Shown one piece after another: positions 63,012-64,000 of a stretch of 64,000 nucleotides of DNA; the stretch's first letter is position 1, and every line of letters starts with the position of its first letter. A program made the translations under genes and the position numbers. This DNA comes from a candidate division FCPU426 bacterium (GTDB lineage: Bacteria > Oederibacteriota > Muellerivitia > Muellerivitales > Muellerivitaceae). The notes beneath the pieces were generated by a model. The model saw only the letters and a program-made list of their open reading frames with translations. It ran no database searches and had not been told where the DNA came from. Location: the NCBI GenBank assembly GCA_963719085.1, contig CAVRAL010000001.1, positions 608,001 through 672,000 on the forward strand. The letters run 5' to 3'.

Positions 63012-64000
63012 ATGACTCAAAAAGGCAGGGTGTACCTCGTGGGCGCGGGACCGGGAGACCCAGGATTATTGACTTTGCGCGCCCGGGAAGTCTTGAGCCG
63101 GGCTGATTCGGTCATTTATGACACCCTGGTCAGTCCCATGATCGTCAATTTGGCGCCCCCGACGGCCCAAAAAATATTCCGCGGCAAGCGTTCTAAGCCC
63201 GGCGCGTTAAGCCAAGCGGCGATTAACCGGCTTCTGGTAAAGCTGGCCAAGCAGGGTAAACAGGTAGTTCGCTTAAAAGGCGGCGATCCTTTTGTGTTTG
63301 GGCGGGGCGCGGAGGAAGCCCAGGCTTTAATCAAAGCGGGTTTGGAATTTGAGGTGGTTCCAGGAGTGACTTCGGCCATCGCGGTTCCGGCTTATGCGGG
63401 CATTCCGGTGACCCATCGGGACTTAAACTCCAGCTTTACCGTGGTTACCGGCCACGAAGACCCGACCAAGCAAAGTCCCATAATCGATTGGATGAATTTG
63501 GCCCAAAGCCAAGGTACCTTGGTTTTCCTCATGGGTTTACACGCCCTGCCGAACGTTTGCGGCCGGTTGATCATTGAAGGAAAATCGCCTTCAACCCCCG
63601 CCGCCATTATCCAATCCGGGACGACCAGCCGGCAAAAGACAGTGACCGGCACCCTTCAAACCTTACCAGGATTAGTTTTAAAGGCCCAATTGAAGCCGCC
63701 GGCGACCTTGGTGGTGGGGCCGGTGGTGTCGCTTCGGGAATCGCTTCAATGGATTCAACGACGGCCGCTTTTTGGTTGGCGGGTTTTGGTGACTCGGGGA
63801 AGGCTTCCTTACAATTCTTTGTCGGAGCTTTTAACCCAAAAGGGGGCGGAAGTTATTCAAATCCCCACGATTGAGCTCGCGGCGGTCAAGTTAAGCGCCT
63901 CTCAAATCAATCTGGCGCGGCAGGCTTCCGGTTACGATTGGATTGTTTTTTCCAGTGCCAACGCCATCGAGTTCTTTATGGCGGCCCTTTTAGGTGAAGG
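63012..64000 (+). CDS. cobA: Uroporphyrinogen-III C-methyltransferase / uroporphyrinogen-III synthase fusion (CobA-HemD), 3'-truncated by the window edge
   Basis: Not in the ORF track because it runs off the end. ATG 63012 reads MTQKGRVYLVGAGPGDPGLLTLRA..ADSVIYD; RLKGGDPFVFGRGAEE, VVPGVTSA..AGIPVTHR and TGHE follow, then the HemD start PLFGWRVLVTR and YDWIVFSSANA. Confidence 0.93.
   Translation, partial: MTQKGRVYLVGAGPGDPGLLTLRAREVLSRADSVIYDTLVSPMIVNLAPPTAQKIFRGKRSKPGALSQAAINRLLVKLAKQGKQVVRLKGGDPFVFGRGAEEAQALIKAGLEFEVVPGVTSAIAVPAYAGIPVTHRDLNSSFTVVTGHEDPTKQSPIIDWMNLAQSQGTLVFLMGLHALPNVCGRLIIEGKSPSTPAAIIQSGTTSRQKTVTGTLQTLPGLVLKAQLKPPATLVVGPVVSLRESLQWIQRRPLFGWRVLVTRGRLPYNSLSELLTQKGAEVIQIPTIELAAVKLSASQINLARQASGYDWIVFSSANAIEFFMAALLGE

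Overview
Chromosomal window from a diderm, probably uncultured bacterium; almost all genes are on the + strand. In order: the 3' end of an oligopeptide ABC ATPase, a B12-binding radical SAM gene, a complete rRNA operon (16S-tRNA-Ile-tRNA-Ala-23S-5S), a small basic ORF and a two-subunit 2-oxoacid:ferredoxin oxidoreductase that looks archaeal in type. Next is a ~24 kb cell-envelope glycosylation locus (11064-35251) with three polyprenol-phosphate-sugar synthase-like GT2s, six predicted GT-C-type membrane modules in five genes (a 2058-aa PMT-like/DUF2298 fusion, a Chlor_Arch_YYY/DUF2298 protein, two GT39-like-PA14 proteins and a TIGR03663/Agl23-like protein), three membrane-anchored NHL beta-propellers and two SAM methyltransferases. 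Downstream are two PorV/PorQ-like barrels, a secreted Pro/Ser-rich repeat protein, LptF/G and LptD-like genes, uvrA, a Crp/Fnr regulator, a polyprenyl synthetase, an 11-subunit complex I operon lacking nuoEFG, and a heme operon (ccsA-like, hemA, hemC, cobA-hemD) interrupted by a TPR-barrel gene. The best candidate for an undescribed system is the YYY/TIGR03663/NHL/PA14 glycosylation locus with its possible Pro/Ser/Thr-rich substrates. No CRISPR array or mobile element was seen. All family calls come from motifs recognised by eye; no searches were run.
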